Below are positions 1 to 12,020 of a DNA stretch of 64,000 nucleotides, in pieces. The DNA comes from Octopus vulgaris (lineage: Eukaryota): positions 122,326,001 through 122,390,000 of the forward strand of contig OX597819.1 in the NCBI GenBank assembly GCA_951406725.2, given 5' to 3'. The notes beneath the pieces are model-generated. The model saw only the letters and a list, made by a program, of their open reading frames with translations, ran no database searches and was not told the origin of the DNA. The position numbers and the translations under genes were made by a program. Every line of letters starts with the position of its first letter. The stretch's first letter is position 1.

Positions 1-33
<33 letters not shown>

Positions 34-98
34 TACCACCAACACCACTACCACTACTACTACTACTACTACTACTAATAATAATGATAATAATAATA

Positions 99-129
<31 letters not shown>

Positions 130-180
130 TAATAATAAAATAATAATAATGATAATAATAATAAAATAATAATAATGATA

Positions 181-213
<33 letters not shown>

Positions 214-360
214 AAAAATAATAATAATGATAATAATAATAATAATAATGATAATAATAATAATAATAAAATAATAATAATGATAATAATAATAATAATA
301 ATAATAAAATAATAATAATGATAATAATAATAATAATAATAATGATGATGATGATGATAA
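1..360. repeat. Compound trinucleotide microsatellite (TAC/CAC then TAA/TGA)
   Basis: Direct reading of the sequence; explains ORF 75..413. Confidence 0.95.
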
Positions 361-678
361 AAACAGAAACAAACAAAAAGGAAAAAGAAGAAGAAAAAAC
401 TCAAAGCTGTCATTTTTGGTTAGTTATAGGTATTATTAGAGAAAATTGGTATCTGGCATTGCAGTTCATTGGCTAGTTCTTTCTCACCGAATTAAGTCTA
501 CAAGAGCGAATGCCAGATTCCAGATTGAAACAATTTTGCTTGTATCAATAATGTCTTGGGAAAAGAATGGATGTCACAGCTTTCATGTTTAATTCTCTAT
601 AAACCTAAAACCCCATGTCCCTACCCTTGAGAGAAAGAAGGAAAAAAAAAAAAATGGAATTTAGAATTTATTGCTTAA

Positions 679-2058
679 CCCTTTAGTGTTTAGAGTAACC
701 ATATCTGGACCAAATGTTCTACCTGTTTTGTTTTAACCAGCCAGATCCGGTCTCTTGTGCCTACCTTAATGTGATTTTTCATTCTAAAAATGAACAATCA
801 CATTAAAGAAATCTTGAAGCAAGATTAACCCTTTCGTTATTTCTTTTGAGATGATCTGTTTCTTTCAGTTAATTTTAAATATAACAAAGAATTTAGTAAA
901 ATAACTTGGTTATCATTCAGCTAGTGTTAGGAGCATAAATTGTGACTAAGGTTTGGTGGAAGATTTTAATTCAAAACTTATGAAAACAAGACATTTGTAC
1001 TCAGAACCAGAGCCGGTTTCAGCCAGGTTGGTATCAAAAGGGTTAAATTAATCATTTTTTAACCCTTTTGTAACTATATTTCTATTGAGACACTCTGTGT
1101 TTCTTTCAATTAATTTTAAATATAACAAAGAATTTAGTAAAATAACTTAGTTGTCATTAAGCTAGATTTAGGAACATAAATTGTGACTAAGGTTTGGTGG
1201 AAGATTTTAATTCAAGACTTTATGAAAACAAGGCATTTGTATTACATAGCCAGAGGTGGTTTCAGCAAGGTTGGTATCAAGCGGGTTAAGAATTGTTTCT
1301 CTGTTATAAATTTTCACACTTTTGTTAACATATTTCATTTTTTCATTTAATTTTAAATATAACAAAGAATTTATTAAAATACCTCAGTTATCATTAAGCT
1401 AGTGTTAGGAGCATAAATTGTGACTTAGGTTTGGTGGAAGATTTTAGTTCAGAACTCATGAAAACAAGACATTTGTACTACAGAACCAGAGTCAGTTTCA
1501 GCCAAGTTGGTATCAAAAGAGTTAAGAATTGTTTCTCTTTTATATATTTTCCCACTTTTGTTAACATATTTCTGTTGAGACGCTGTGTTTTTTTTCATTT
1601 AATTTTAAATATAACACAGAATTCAGTAAAATAACTTAGGAACATAAATTGTGACTAAGGTTTGGTGGAAGATTTTAATTCATAACTAATGAAAACAAGA
1701 CATTTGTACTACGGAGCCAAAGGCGGTTTCAACCAAGTTGGTATCAAAAGGGTTAAGAATTGTTTCTCTATTATATATTCTAACCCTTTTGTTACCTTAT
1801 TTCTGTTGAGACATTCTGTGTTACTTTCAATTAATTTTAAACTTAACTAAGAATTTTAGTAAAATAACTCAATTATCATTAAGCTAGTGTTAAGAACATA
1901 AATTGTGACTAAGGTTTAGTGTAAGATTTTAAATCAGAACTTATGGAAACAAGACATTTGTACTACAGAACCAGAGGTGGTTTCAGCTGGGTTGGCATCG
2001 AAAGGGTTAAAACAATGTGAATAAATACATTTGACAGAATAATCTGAATGCTAAAGGG
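679..2058. mobile_element. piggyBac-type MITE hosting a nested array of smaller MITEs
   Basis: TTAA at 675-678 and 2059-2062; termini CCCTTTAGTGTTTAGA and TCTGAATGCTAAAGGG are imperfect inverted repeats. Confidence 0.75.
829..2006. repeat. Five tandem ~220-bp piggyBac-type MITE units
   Basis: Units at ~829-1042, 1063-1285, ~1314-1521, ~1550-1752 and 1784-2006 end in (A)GGG-TTAA or a variant; they match the solo copy at 15511-15730. Confidence 0.85.
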
Positions 2059-2817
2059 TTAACCCTTGTGTGGGCCATATTTCAGATGAGATGATATACA
2101 GATTGTGTATTTTGGTCAATTTTCAGGGTGTCACAGAACACTGCATTTTTGTTACAACACCTGTCAGATATTTATGTGTTCTATCTGGATAATTTACAAT
2201 ATCTGTATTATTTATTCCGCTTTTTTCATTTCCATCTACTTTTACAGAAACCACACATTTATATACTACACCCATTACATTACATCTGCCTTTAAGTTTA
2301 TACTTTATTTTTATCCCTACATATTATCAATTTTATATGAATGTTTACAGACATAAGTATGTGAGAATTTAGTTTTTGTAAATTTTTTATTTTTATTGTT
2401 ATTAATTTTATTTGAATTAAATTATGGCTTGCACAGTAAGGTCCGGTGAACCTATTTACACATACACATACTTATCTGTTAAAATTAAAATATAGTATTT
2501 GGTATCGAACTATGATAAAGTTATTTAGAGGCCTGATGATTGGGGTTACATTTTAAGAAAGGTCCCTGTAAAACACTGCATATTTAAGGAACCGTAAAAG
2601 AACCTCAAGAAACACGTGTAGCTGAGAAATGGGTAGTATTAAATTAAATTAAAATTTTTTTATATGGTGTGATGAAGGGGACTACTATCTCTAAATAACA
2701 TTGGCACGTAATGTGCCGGTGGCACGTAAGAAGCACCCAGTTGAACCGTCCAACCCATGCTAGCATGGAAAGCGGACACTAAATGATGATGATGATATAT
2801 ATATATATATATATATA

Positions 2818-2984
2818 GGCACAGGTGTGGCTGTGTGGTAAGTAGCTTGCTTACCAACCACATGGTTCCAGGTTCAGTTCCACTATGTGGCACCTGGTGC
2901 AAGTGTCTTCTACTATAGACTCCGGCCGACCAAAGCCTTGTAAGTGGATTTGGTAGACGGAAATGGAAAGAAGCTTGTCGTTTA

Positions 2985-3022
<38 letters not shown>

Positions 3023-3084
3023 CATATATGTATGTATATATATATGTGTATATATATGTATATATATATATATATATATGTATG

Positions 3085-3155
<71 letters not shown>

Positions 3156-3960
3156 CGTGTCGGTGGCACGTAAAAGCACCATCCGTTCGTGTTCGTTGCC
3201 AGCCTCGCCTGGCCCCGTGCCGGTGACACGTAAAAGCACCGTCCGTTCGTGGCCGTTTGCCAGCTCTGTCTGGCCCCGTGTCGGTGGCACGTAAAAGCAC
3301 CATCCGTTCGTGGCCGTTTGCCAGCTCTGTCTGGCCCCATGTCGGTGGCACGTAAAAGCACCGTCCGTTCGTGGCCGGTTGCCAGCTCTGTCTGGCCCCG
3401 TGTCGGTGGCACGTAAAAGCACCATCCGTTCATGTCCGTTGCCAGCATCGCCTGGCCCCGTGCCGGTGACACGTAAAAGCACCATCCGTTCGTGGCCGTT
3501 CGCCAGCTCTGTCCGGCACCTGTGCAGGTGGCACGTAAAAAACACCCACTACACTCGCGGAGTGGTTGGCGTTAGGAAGGGCATCCAGCCGTAGAAACAC
3601 TGCCAGATCTGACTGGGCCTGCCGACGCCTTCCAGCTTCACAGACCCCAGTTGACCCGTCCAACCCATGCTAGCATGGAAAGCGGACGCTAAACGATGAT
3701 GATGATGATGATGATATATATATATATGTGTGTGTTTGTGTGTCTGTTTGTCCCCGCAACATCGCTTGGCAACCGATGTTGATATAAATCCTTAAAAATG
3801 TTTTAGCCCGAAGGCCGCGGCCATGCTGGGGCACCACCGCTAAATATGTTTATGTCCCTCGTAATGTAGCGCTACATTACGAGGACATAAAGAGACTGAT
3901 ACAAAGAATAAGTCCTGGGGATCGATCTGTTCGATTAAAGGCTAACAAATAAAAGAATAC
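2818..3960 (+). mobile_element. tRNA-derived SINE (family A, head GGCGCAGGAGTGGCTGTGTGGTAAG) split by (TA)n and an RTE 3' fragment
   Basis: A-box/B-box-like head at 2818; rearranged 3' half resumes at ~3725. Confidence 0.75.
3157..3715 (+). mobile_element. RTE LINE 3' UTR fragment with ~6 copies of a ~60-bp unit and a (GAT)n tail
   Basis: Repeated GTGCCGGTGGCACGTAAAAGCACC; ends CCATGCTAGCATGGAAAGCGGACGCTAAACGATGATGAT, the same end as the RTE ORF2-bearing copies at 11.1, 19.9 and 23.2 kb. Confidence 0.85.
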
Positions 3961-4299
3961 ATAAAGTAATTATAATTAATTTTCAAATTGGTGAAGAATC
4001 TGAAGGCATTTATTCCAGAATGAAATCCTTTTGTTTTCCAATTTCAATAGAAATTACGCTGCCTTTGTTTCAATAAATTGTGGAAACAATGAAGGATTTA
4101 ATAAAATAACTTTGACATTATAAAGCTGGTGTTTGGAACACAAATTGATGTAAAATTTTGATGGAAACTTTTAATTGAGATCAATTTAAAGTTTTTAAAT
4201 AATTGGTATATTTAAGTTGCAGCTCAGGAACATAACTTGAGAAAAGGATTTTACACAAAATTATGTTGGTTGGTTTTAAATTAAATATGAATTCCTTAA

Positions 4300-5373
4300 C
4301 CCTTTCGTTATTATGTTTCTGACCAAAATACACCCCTCATGAGTTTCAATTAAATCCTAAAACAATCATGAATCTAGGCTTGTTTCATTAAATAACTGTA
4401 ACTTTTTTACTTATCAACATATTAATGTGATATTTGGATCATAATTAAAGAAAGGGTTCTTAATCAATTCTATTGCATAACTTTTGTCTCAAAGTGACTT
4501 TAATTACAGGTAAATCCAGGTAAATTGAGCAAAAGGTAAAAATATTAAAATTTTGTTTAAACATCACCATAGAAAATGAATCATCAGCTAATATTCAAAT
4601 GGGTATGCAACAAAATTTTGATAAAGAAGAATTGTGCACATCACTATATCATCAGTTGAATTTAATGCACAACAGGTGTACCATAAAGGTGGAATAAAGT
4701 GAAATACTGGAATCCACTGCAAGTTTGACCGAACTAAAGAAATTGGTCAAAAAATAATATACGGCCCTGGTTATGGTATGGAAGTGATAAATTCCAGACC
4801 ACATCGTTCCCTAGGCCATGCTGACTAACATTATTTTCCCTGTATAAAAACTAAATCCACGCAGTACCCAGTATTTGCTTCACAAATTTTCCGAAATTTG
4901 AACCCACATTTTGTGTTTGTTTACATTTTGCGTAAGTTTGTTTCCGCATTGATCGCTTCAAACAATAACTTCCAGACCACATCATACCCTAAGCCATGCT
5001 GACTAACATTAGTTTCCCTGTATAAAAACTAAATCCACAACAGTACCCAGTATTTGCTTCACAAATTTTCCAATTCGGAATCAATGCTTGATAACATGAA
5101 ACTCCAATCCATTTTCAAAGTTGAAGAAAAATCGATGCTGAAAAAAATGTGGAAAAAAATCTCCCAAAATTCAGGGAATTAAAATTACACATCGATCATT
5201 GAACAAAACTGTAGATGAACTGTTTACGAAGTATAATCACGTGGTTTCACGAATGTACTAAAGAGATTTGCTCTGATATTCTCATTTAAATATGAATAGG
5301 TAAATTCGGGCGGCTTTGGTCACATTAACCAAAATTTTTTCGGGCGGCTTTGGGCGGTTTGGTAATGAAAGGG
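4300..5373. mobile_element. Non-autonomous piggyBac-type element (~1.07 kb) inserted in an older MITE copy
   Basis: TTAA at 4296-4299 and 5374-5377; TIR CCCTTTCGTTA / TAATGAAAGGG; internal ~100-bp direct repeat (4791-4892, 4969-5071); flanks at ~4025-4190 and 5380-5440 resemble the two halves of the 220-bp MITE. Confidence 0.75.
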
Positions 5374-5504
5374 TTAATAGAGGTGGTTTTTGTATCTAAG
5401 AATCAGAGATTGTCTCAGGCAGGGTGGCATTTGAAAAGGGTAGAACAAAGTATGAAGACGAACATTAAATGATGATGATGGTTATGATGATACATCTGGA
5501 ACCT

Positions 5505-5766
5505 ATGCCGGTGACATGTATAAAAAAATTTGAGCGAGGTCGTTGCCAGTTCTGCCTGACTGGCCCCTGTGCAGGTGGCATGTAAAAGCACCCACTACAC
5601 TCTCGGAGTGGTTTGCGTTAGGAAGGCCGTCCAGCTGTAGAAACTCTGCCAGATCAAGACTGGAGCCTGGTGCAGCCATCTGGTTTGCCAGCCCTTAGTC
5701 AAACCATCCAACCCATGCTAGCATGGAAAGTGGACATTAAACGATGACGACGATGATGATGATGAT
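5505..5766 (+). mobile_element. RTE 3' end fragment
   Basis: Same 3' terminus and (GAT)n tail as the other RTE copies. Confidence 0.75.
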
Positions 5767-5834
5767 CAGTGTGCACGTGTGCATCATCATCATCTTTATC
5801 ATCATCACCATCATTATCTTCATCTTCATGGTCA

Positions 5835-6050
5835 TCAGTCTACTCACCTGGTAAAAATGAGTAGTACCTGTATTTCAAAAGGGTCAGCCTTGTCACATTC
5901 TGTGTCACGCAGAATCTCCCTGAGAAGAACTACGTTAAGAGTACGTATGTCTGTGGAGTGTTCAGCCACTTGCAAGTTAATTTCACAAGCAGGGTGTTCT
6001 GTTCATCGGATCTGTTGGAACCCCTGTCATCGTAACTGACAGAGTGCCAC
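5835..6050 (+). mobile_element. SINE fragment (family also present reversed at ~63115-63228)
   Basis: GTCTGTGGAGTG..CAGCCACTT...GTTAATTTCAC..GCAG matches the reverse complement of 63115-63228. Confidence 0.6.
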
Positions 6051-6430
6051 TTATCATCATCGCCACCACTGATTCAACATCCTACTCTTTCATGTTTGCA
6101 GGGGTCAGATGAAATTTAGAGTTAAAGCAGATTTTCTACAGCAGGATGCTCTTTTCAGTTGCCAACCCTCACCCGGTTCCCAGGTGAGTTAGTATTTCCT
6201 CAAATTGTTCAACCACGAGCAGCACAATTGCCAGGCATGTTTCCATGAAAGTCTGCAAATGAACGATACCATCTGTATGGCAGTGCTGCTTGTTTACAAT
6301 TAGCATGCTATGCCGAGGGAAAGAGACACAAATACATGCACCCCCCCACACATACATATGACAGGTTTCTTTTCGTTTACAGTTTCTAAATCTGCTCACA
6401 AGGCTTTGGCCAGCCTGTATTTTTAGTAAA

Positions 6431-6662
6431 TGGCAGTGAGCTGGCAGAAACATTAGTACACAGGACGAAATGCTAAGCGGTATTTCGTCTGCCGCTACGT
6501 TCTGAGTTCAAATTCCGCTGAGGTCAACTTTGCCTTTCATCCTTTCAGGGTCGATAAATTAAGTACCAGTTACGCACTGGGATCGATGTAATCGACTTAA
6601 TCCGTTTGTCTGTCCTTGTTTGTCCCCTCTGTGTTTAGCCCGTTGTGGGTAGTAAAGAAATA
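6431..6662 (+). mobile_element. tRNA-related SINE (family B, GGCGGCGAGCTGGCAGAAACGTTAG; central domain resembles the Meta domain)
   Basis: GAGTTCAAAT B-box and GACTTTGCCTTTCATCCTTTCGGGGTCGATAAA core, shared with more than 20 copies in the window. Confidence 0.8.
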
Positions 6663-6699
6663 TGTATTTTTAATTGTAAACAAATGACACCATCATGCA

Positions 6700-7050
6700 T
6701 TAGTTTTACTTGACTCGACAGGTCTTCTCAAGCATATCATATCGCCTGACGCATCAAGGGTACTCGTAAATGGGCCGGACATGCAACACTGGCATCGGCC
6801 ATGGCTGCGATCTCACTTTAGTGATGTCTTTTCTTTGCAATCTTCAGTGAAAACATGCCTGGCCATTGTGCTGTGCATCTGCCACACAAAATAACTATTT
6901 TCCCGGTTACCCTTCCTTTGATATTGCTGCATGTTTTATGTGTCCATAGTTTACACCGGGTACATCATATGGAGCTTCTACCCATGCCTTTTCTACAGAT
7001 CGAGCAAGGCCATTTACCTGAAGGGGTTTGTGATTCCACATTTCCATTGA
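6700..7050 (-). mobile_element. Internally deleted RTE fragment (PHD-like segment plus 3' UTR piece)
   Basis: Minus strand translates WPCSICRKGMGRSSI*CTRCKLWTHKTCS, homologous to 21010-21150. Confidence 0.7.
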
Positions 7051-7444
7051 TCAGATGGAATTTGTTGAGTCAAATTTTCTATAACCGTACGCCCTTCCTG
7101 TCACCAAGCCTCACCTCTTTCCAAATAAGACAATATTTCCTCATAGAAGACTAGGAAAGGAAGACACCATTAGCATAATGGTGATACTTGTTCATGACTA
7201 CAATGTGGCGGTAAATCAAGGAGACCAATACATACACACACACATGAAAAGCTTCTTTCAGTTTCCATCTATCAAATCCACTGACAAGCTTTTGGTTGGC
7301 TTGGTGCTATGGTAAAAGGCATTCGCCCAAAGTGCCATGCAGTGGGACTGAACTTGGAACCATGTGGTTGGTAAGCAAACTTCTTACCACATAGCCATGC
7401 CAACACCTATTTATATACAAACAAACATAATTCTTCTTTATTCT

Positions 7445-7810
7445 TTTGCATATGTTTCAGTTATTTGACTGCGGCCATACCACCTTTAACTGAAGAAATC
7501 GATCCCAGGACTTATTCTTTGTAAGCCTAGTACTTATTCTATCAATCTCTTTTGCTGAAATGCTAAGTTTCAAGGACATAAACATACCAACATCGGCTGT
7601 AAAGCAATGGTGGGGGAACAAACACAGACACAAAGACACACATATATACGATGGGCTTGTTTCAGTTTCTGTCTAACAAATCCACTCACACGGCTTTGGT
7701 CAGCCCGAGGCTTTAATAGAACACACTTGCTCAAGGTGCCATGCAGTGGGACTGAACCCAGAACCATGTGGTTGGGAAGCAAGCACCTTACCACACAGCT
7801 TCACCGGTGC
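7445..7810 (-). mobile_element. SINE family A copy, CpG-decayed
   Basis: Reverse complement of the family A consensus with many CG>TG/CA changes. Confidence 0.85.
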
Positions 7811-8539
7811 CTAAATCAACTGTATTTTAGAATTTGTCACATTTCTGTGAAAGAAGGCCGTGAAGGAAGAGACACTATATAAAAATCGTAGCAAATTCAA
7901 TACACCATTGATTGAGAGCAATCTCCAGTGTCAAAAAGATGGTGTTTACACCTGAGACAGTTGTGCTGGCAGGTTGAAGTACTGTAAACACAGGAAGAAA
8001 AACACATTCATTGAACAAACAAGACAAATGAAAAAGTATTGTAGGGTTATAAGTGCATGAAAATTTGCTGTGATGTTCAGAGCAGCGAAAGAGAGAGAAA
8101 TGGAATTCTATAGAAAGGAAAAATGATTGGTCACTATTCCCTTACCAAATTGACATCTCTTTAACTAATCGCACATGTCTATGTGTGTAGTTAAGAACCT
8201 GGCTTCTCAACAATGCGGTCTCAGGTTCAATCACACTGTGAGACACTTTGGGTAAAATGCATTCTTCTATAGACTTAGGTGAACTAAAGGCTTGTGAGTG
8301 GATTTGGATGAGGAAAACTGAAAAATGTCAGTTTTACATTTTTTTTTGTGCACGTTTCGTGATGTCCTGTGCCTACATATGCATATATATATATAAAAAT
8401 TTATAAATATAAATTTATAATTTTAATTTTAAATTTAAATAATTTAAATTTTTAAATTCTATATTTTCTATATTTTGTATATTATATCATTTTGGTTTAT
8501 GTTTTTCATTGTTTGATTTGCTTAATAGTGGTTTTATCT

Positions 8540-9190
8540 AACATCTCACTGTGCTTGAGGAGACCTGTTGAGTCAAGTGCATGTACATGAACATCGAACC
8601 AAATATCAATGGAAACAGTAGTAGTTGTGATACCTGTGCCGGTGACACATAAAAAGCACCATCTGAACGTGGCCGTCGCCAGTGCAGCCTCCACTGGCTT
8701 CTGTGCCGGTGGCCACATAAAAAGCACCATCCGAACGTGACCGATGCCAACCCCGCCTCGAATGGGTTCTGTGCCGGTGGCACATAAAAAGCAACATCCG
8801 AACGTGGCAGATGCCAGCACCGCCCCGACTGGCTTCTGTGCTGGTGGCACATAAAAAGCACCATCCGAACGTGAGCGATGCCAGCACCGCTTTGACTGGC
8901 TTCTGTGCCGGTAGCACAAAAAAAAAAAAAAAAAAAAAAAAAAAGAAAAAAAGCACCAACTGATCGTGGCCGATGCCAGACCTCTCTGGCACCTGTGCAG
9001 GTGGCACGTAAAAAGCACCCACTACACTCGCGGAGTGGTTGGCATTAGAAAGGGCATCAAGCTGTAGAAACACTGCCAGATCAGACTGGAGCCTGGGGCA
9101 GCCCCTGGCTCCCCAGACCCCGGTCGAACCGTCCAACCCGTGCTAGCGCGGAAAACGGACGTTAAACGATGATGATGATGATGATGATGA
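8540..9190 (+). mobile_element. RTE 3' UTR with ~6 hairpin-repeat units and a (GAT)n tail
   Basis: ~67-bp units starting CTGTGCCGGTGGCACATAAAAAGCACC; RTE terminus. Confidence 0.85.
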
Positions 9191-9253
9191 TATATATATA
9201 TATATATATATACACATACGTATAGATGTATGTACATATACATATGTATATAA

Positions 9254-9290
<37 letters not shown>

Positions 9291-9674
9291 CTAGCAGTAT
9301 CGCCCGGCGTTGCTCAGGTTTGTAAGGGAAATAACTATAAAGCATCTTTAGAGAGTTATAGCCAAAAAATAGCAAAAAAATGGAAAAAAAATGATGGTAA
9401 ATTTTTTTTGAGAGTAAAAAAAGGTTGAGTTGCGTCCCTAGACAGTCTGTGGTTTGTTTTTTTATTCTCGACCCCATGTCGAATTTATCGATTTTTTTCA
9501 GAACTGGGGGGAACTTTTCAAAATTTTCGCTGCGTTAGTTTTGAATTATGACATTGGGCTATGCGTGTGTCAAGTTTCATCAGAATCGGTTGAAAGCCGT
9601 GGTCAGGGTGAGGGTACGAGAAAACAGACACACAGAAACACGCACAGACAAACTGCCGTTTATATATAGAGAGA
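9291..9674 (-). mobile_element. Non-autonomous Helitron
   Basis: Minus strand starts TC after A and ends with a GC-rich hairpin plus CTAG before T; no TSD; near-identical copy at 32169-32535. Confidence 0.85.
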
Positions 9675-9736
9675 TATACATAGGTTTGGCCAAAAGTCAC
9701 CTGACAGTAAATCAAAACCATTTAATTTATGTTTAA

Positions 9737-10044
9737 CCCATAAAGCACTGGGATTTGCACTTAGATACCATGGACTGCTGGGCACAATTTATGAAAATGA
9801 AACTACCATGCACACATAAAAAACAAATATCTTCTTAGTATATAATGGTGGTAAGTTTTACATCATTTGAAAACTCATTAACTGAACTATTAGTCCTCTT
9901 GCATTCTGGTGGGGTATCGGAGTGCTTGAGTGACATTAGACCCCAACAAATGCCCATAAATTAAGTGCATCTATCTGGGCCACGATCGTGGCCTGTCGAC
10001 CTGTGTCTGACAGTCATGATCGTTGGCCCGTTGCACTTTATGTG
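9737..10044. mobile_element. Possible piggyBac-type MITE
   Basis: TTAA on both sides; imperfect TIR CCCATAAAGCAC / TGCACTTTATGTG. Confidence 0.5.
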
Positions 10045-10611
10045 TTAACAACTGAATGAATTTAATAAAAGCATCTAAATATGAATAATTACTTTTCATA
10101 TTTAGCATCCATTGATGCTAGATAGATGCAATTTTGGGGCAGAGGTATTTTATCGACCCTGAAAGGGCGAAAGGCAAGGTCAACCTCAGTGGAATTTGAA
10201 CTCAGAATGTAAAGACAGCTGAAATGATGCTAAGCATTTTGTCCAGCTTGCTAGCGATTCTGCCACCTTTCTTCAGACAAATATTGAGAATTTCTTACAA
10301 AGGTGCAACACAATATATTTTTGAGTTTAGGATGAAGCTGATTCAAATGCATGCATTATTTGACTGATATTTACTGACCTTGGAAGGATAACAGAAAAAT
10401 CAATATTGGTGGGATTCGAAATTAGAAAATAAAATGAGACACAACATGTACACAGGTATCATCATCATCATCGTCTTAATTGGCTATGGCGAAATATTAC
10501 CTTACTTGGAAACAGGTGAGGGCATCTGACCATAGAATATCTACTTCAACAGATTCTACCTGAGCCATGAAAGCATGGAAAAGCAGATGCTAAAAGATTA
10601 TAATGATGATA

Positions 10612-11093
10612 CGGAAATCCCTTGACTACCGTGGGTGATGCATTCCAAAACCCCCTGTGATAGGTGAAAACCCACAAAGTAGAAACAGTACTGTATTTTT
10701 TCTTATTATTTTTATAATTTGTATATATTTATTTTATTATAAATGCAAAACAACACCATGGAGGAATCGACGTAATCTTAAATGATAAACCACGATAAGT
10801 GAACTGCGATATAGCAAGGGATTACTGTGTAAATATATATATAAAATGACATAATTATATATATGTGAGTGTGTGTGTGTGAACAGTAATCCCTCAATGA
10901 TCACGGGTATTATGTTCCAAAACTCACCGCAATAAGTGAAAATTTGCAAAGCAGAAACAGTATCATTTCTATAATTTGTATATATTTATTTTATTATAAA
11001 TGTAAAACAATACCATGGAGGAATAATACAGTATATAGTAAGCTTAAATATTATACCGTGTTAGATGAACCACTATATGGTGACGAATTACTG
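10612..11093. mobile_element. Two adjacent pogo/Tigger-like MITEs (10612-10827, 10884-11093)
   Basis: TIR CAGTAATCCCT...GGGATTACTG, TA at some ends; third copy at 13120-13348. Confidence 0.75.
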
Positions 11094-11106
11094 TATATAT
11101 AATATA

Positions 11107-11977
11107 TCATCATCATCATTTAACGTCCGCTTTCCATGCTAGCATGGGTTGGACGGTTCAACTGGGGTCTGGGAAGCCCGAAGGCTGCACCAGGCTCCAG
11201 TCAGATCTGGCAGTGTTTTTACAGCTGGATGCCCTTCCTAACGCCAACTACTCCGTGAGTGTAGTGGGTGCTTTTTATGTGCCACCGACACAGGTGCCAG
11301 ACGAGGCTGGTGAACGGCCACGCTCGGATGGTGTTTGTTACGTGCCACCAGCACGGAGGCCAGTCGATGCGGTACTGGCTACAGCCACGTTCGGATGATT
11401 TTCTTATGTGTCACCGGCACTGGTACCACAAAACTACAAATTCCATTGATGTTGATCAATTTCGATTTTGATTTGATTCTTTGATTTTTGATTTTCACTT
11501 GCCTCAACAGGTCTTCACAAGTAGAGTTATGTGTCCCAAGAAGGAAGGTATGCACAGGAGGACTGACTACGTCCCAGGTAGGGGCCATGGTTTATGGCCT
11601 CACTTGTCCTGCCAGGTCTTCTCACGCACAGCATACTTCCAAAGGTCTCGGTCTCTGGTCATTTCCTCGGTGAGACCTAAAGAGCGAAGGTCGTTCTTCA
11701 CCACCTCGTCCCAGGTTTTCCTGGGTCTACCTCTTCCACAGGTTCCTTCAACCGCTAGGGTGTGGCACTTTTTCACACAACTATCTTCATCCATTCTTAC
11801 TACGTGTCCATACCAGCGTAGACGCCTCTCTTGCACACTACATCTGATGCTTCGTAGGTCCAACTTTTCTCTCAAGGCACTTACACTCTGTTGGGTATGA
11901 ACACTGACATTACACATCCAACGGAGCATACTGGTTTCATTTATTGCGAGCTTATGCATATCCTCAGCAGTCACGAC

Positions 11978-11978
<1 letters not shown>
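11107..11978 (-). pseudogene. 5'-truncated RTE LINE (ORF2 C-terminus plus 3' UTR)
   Basis: ORF 11600..12094 contains MLRWMCNV...ERRLRWYGHVVRMDE...GRGRPRKTW, an RTE ORF2 C-terminal motif; (GAT)n tail. Confidence 0.9.

Positions 11979-12020
<42 letters not shown>

Noticed and set aside
2533-2568. Hammerhead-like CTGATGA...GAAAGGTC
   Set aside because: Stem II relies mostly on G-U pairs and stem III is missing; too degenerate to call.
3190-3240. Resemblance of GCCAGCCTCGCCTGGC to the HDV ribozyme P3/L3 region
   Set aside because: P2, P4 and the catalytic C junction could not be built, and the loop is not conserved among units.
3157-3545. CRISPR-like array (palindromic repeat plus spacers), also at 8630-9015
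   Set aside because: The spacers are homologous to each other, the context is a eukaryotic RTE 3' UTR, and there are no cas genes.
7895-7981. RNF180/DUSP12-like assignment from the CLRCKHHLF motif
   Set aside because: The motif is too short, and no downstream family-defining exon in compatible phase was found.
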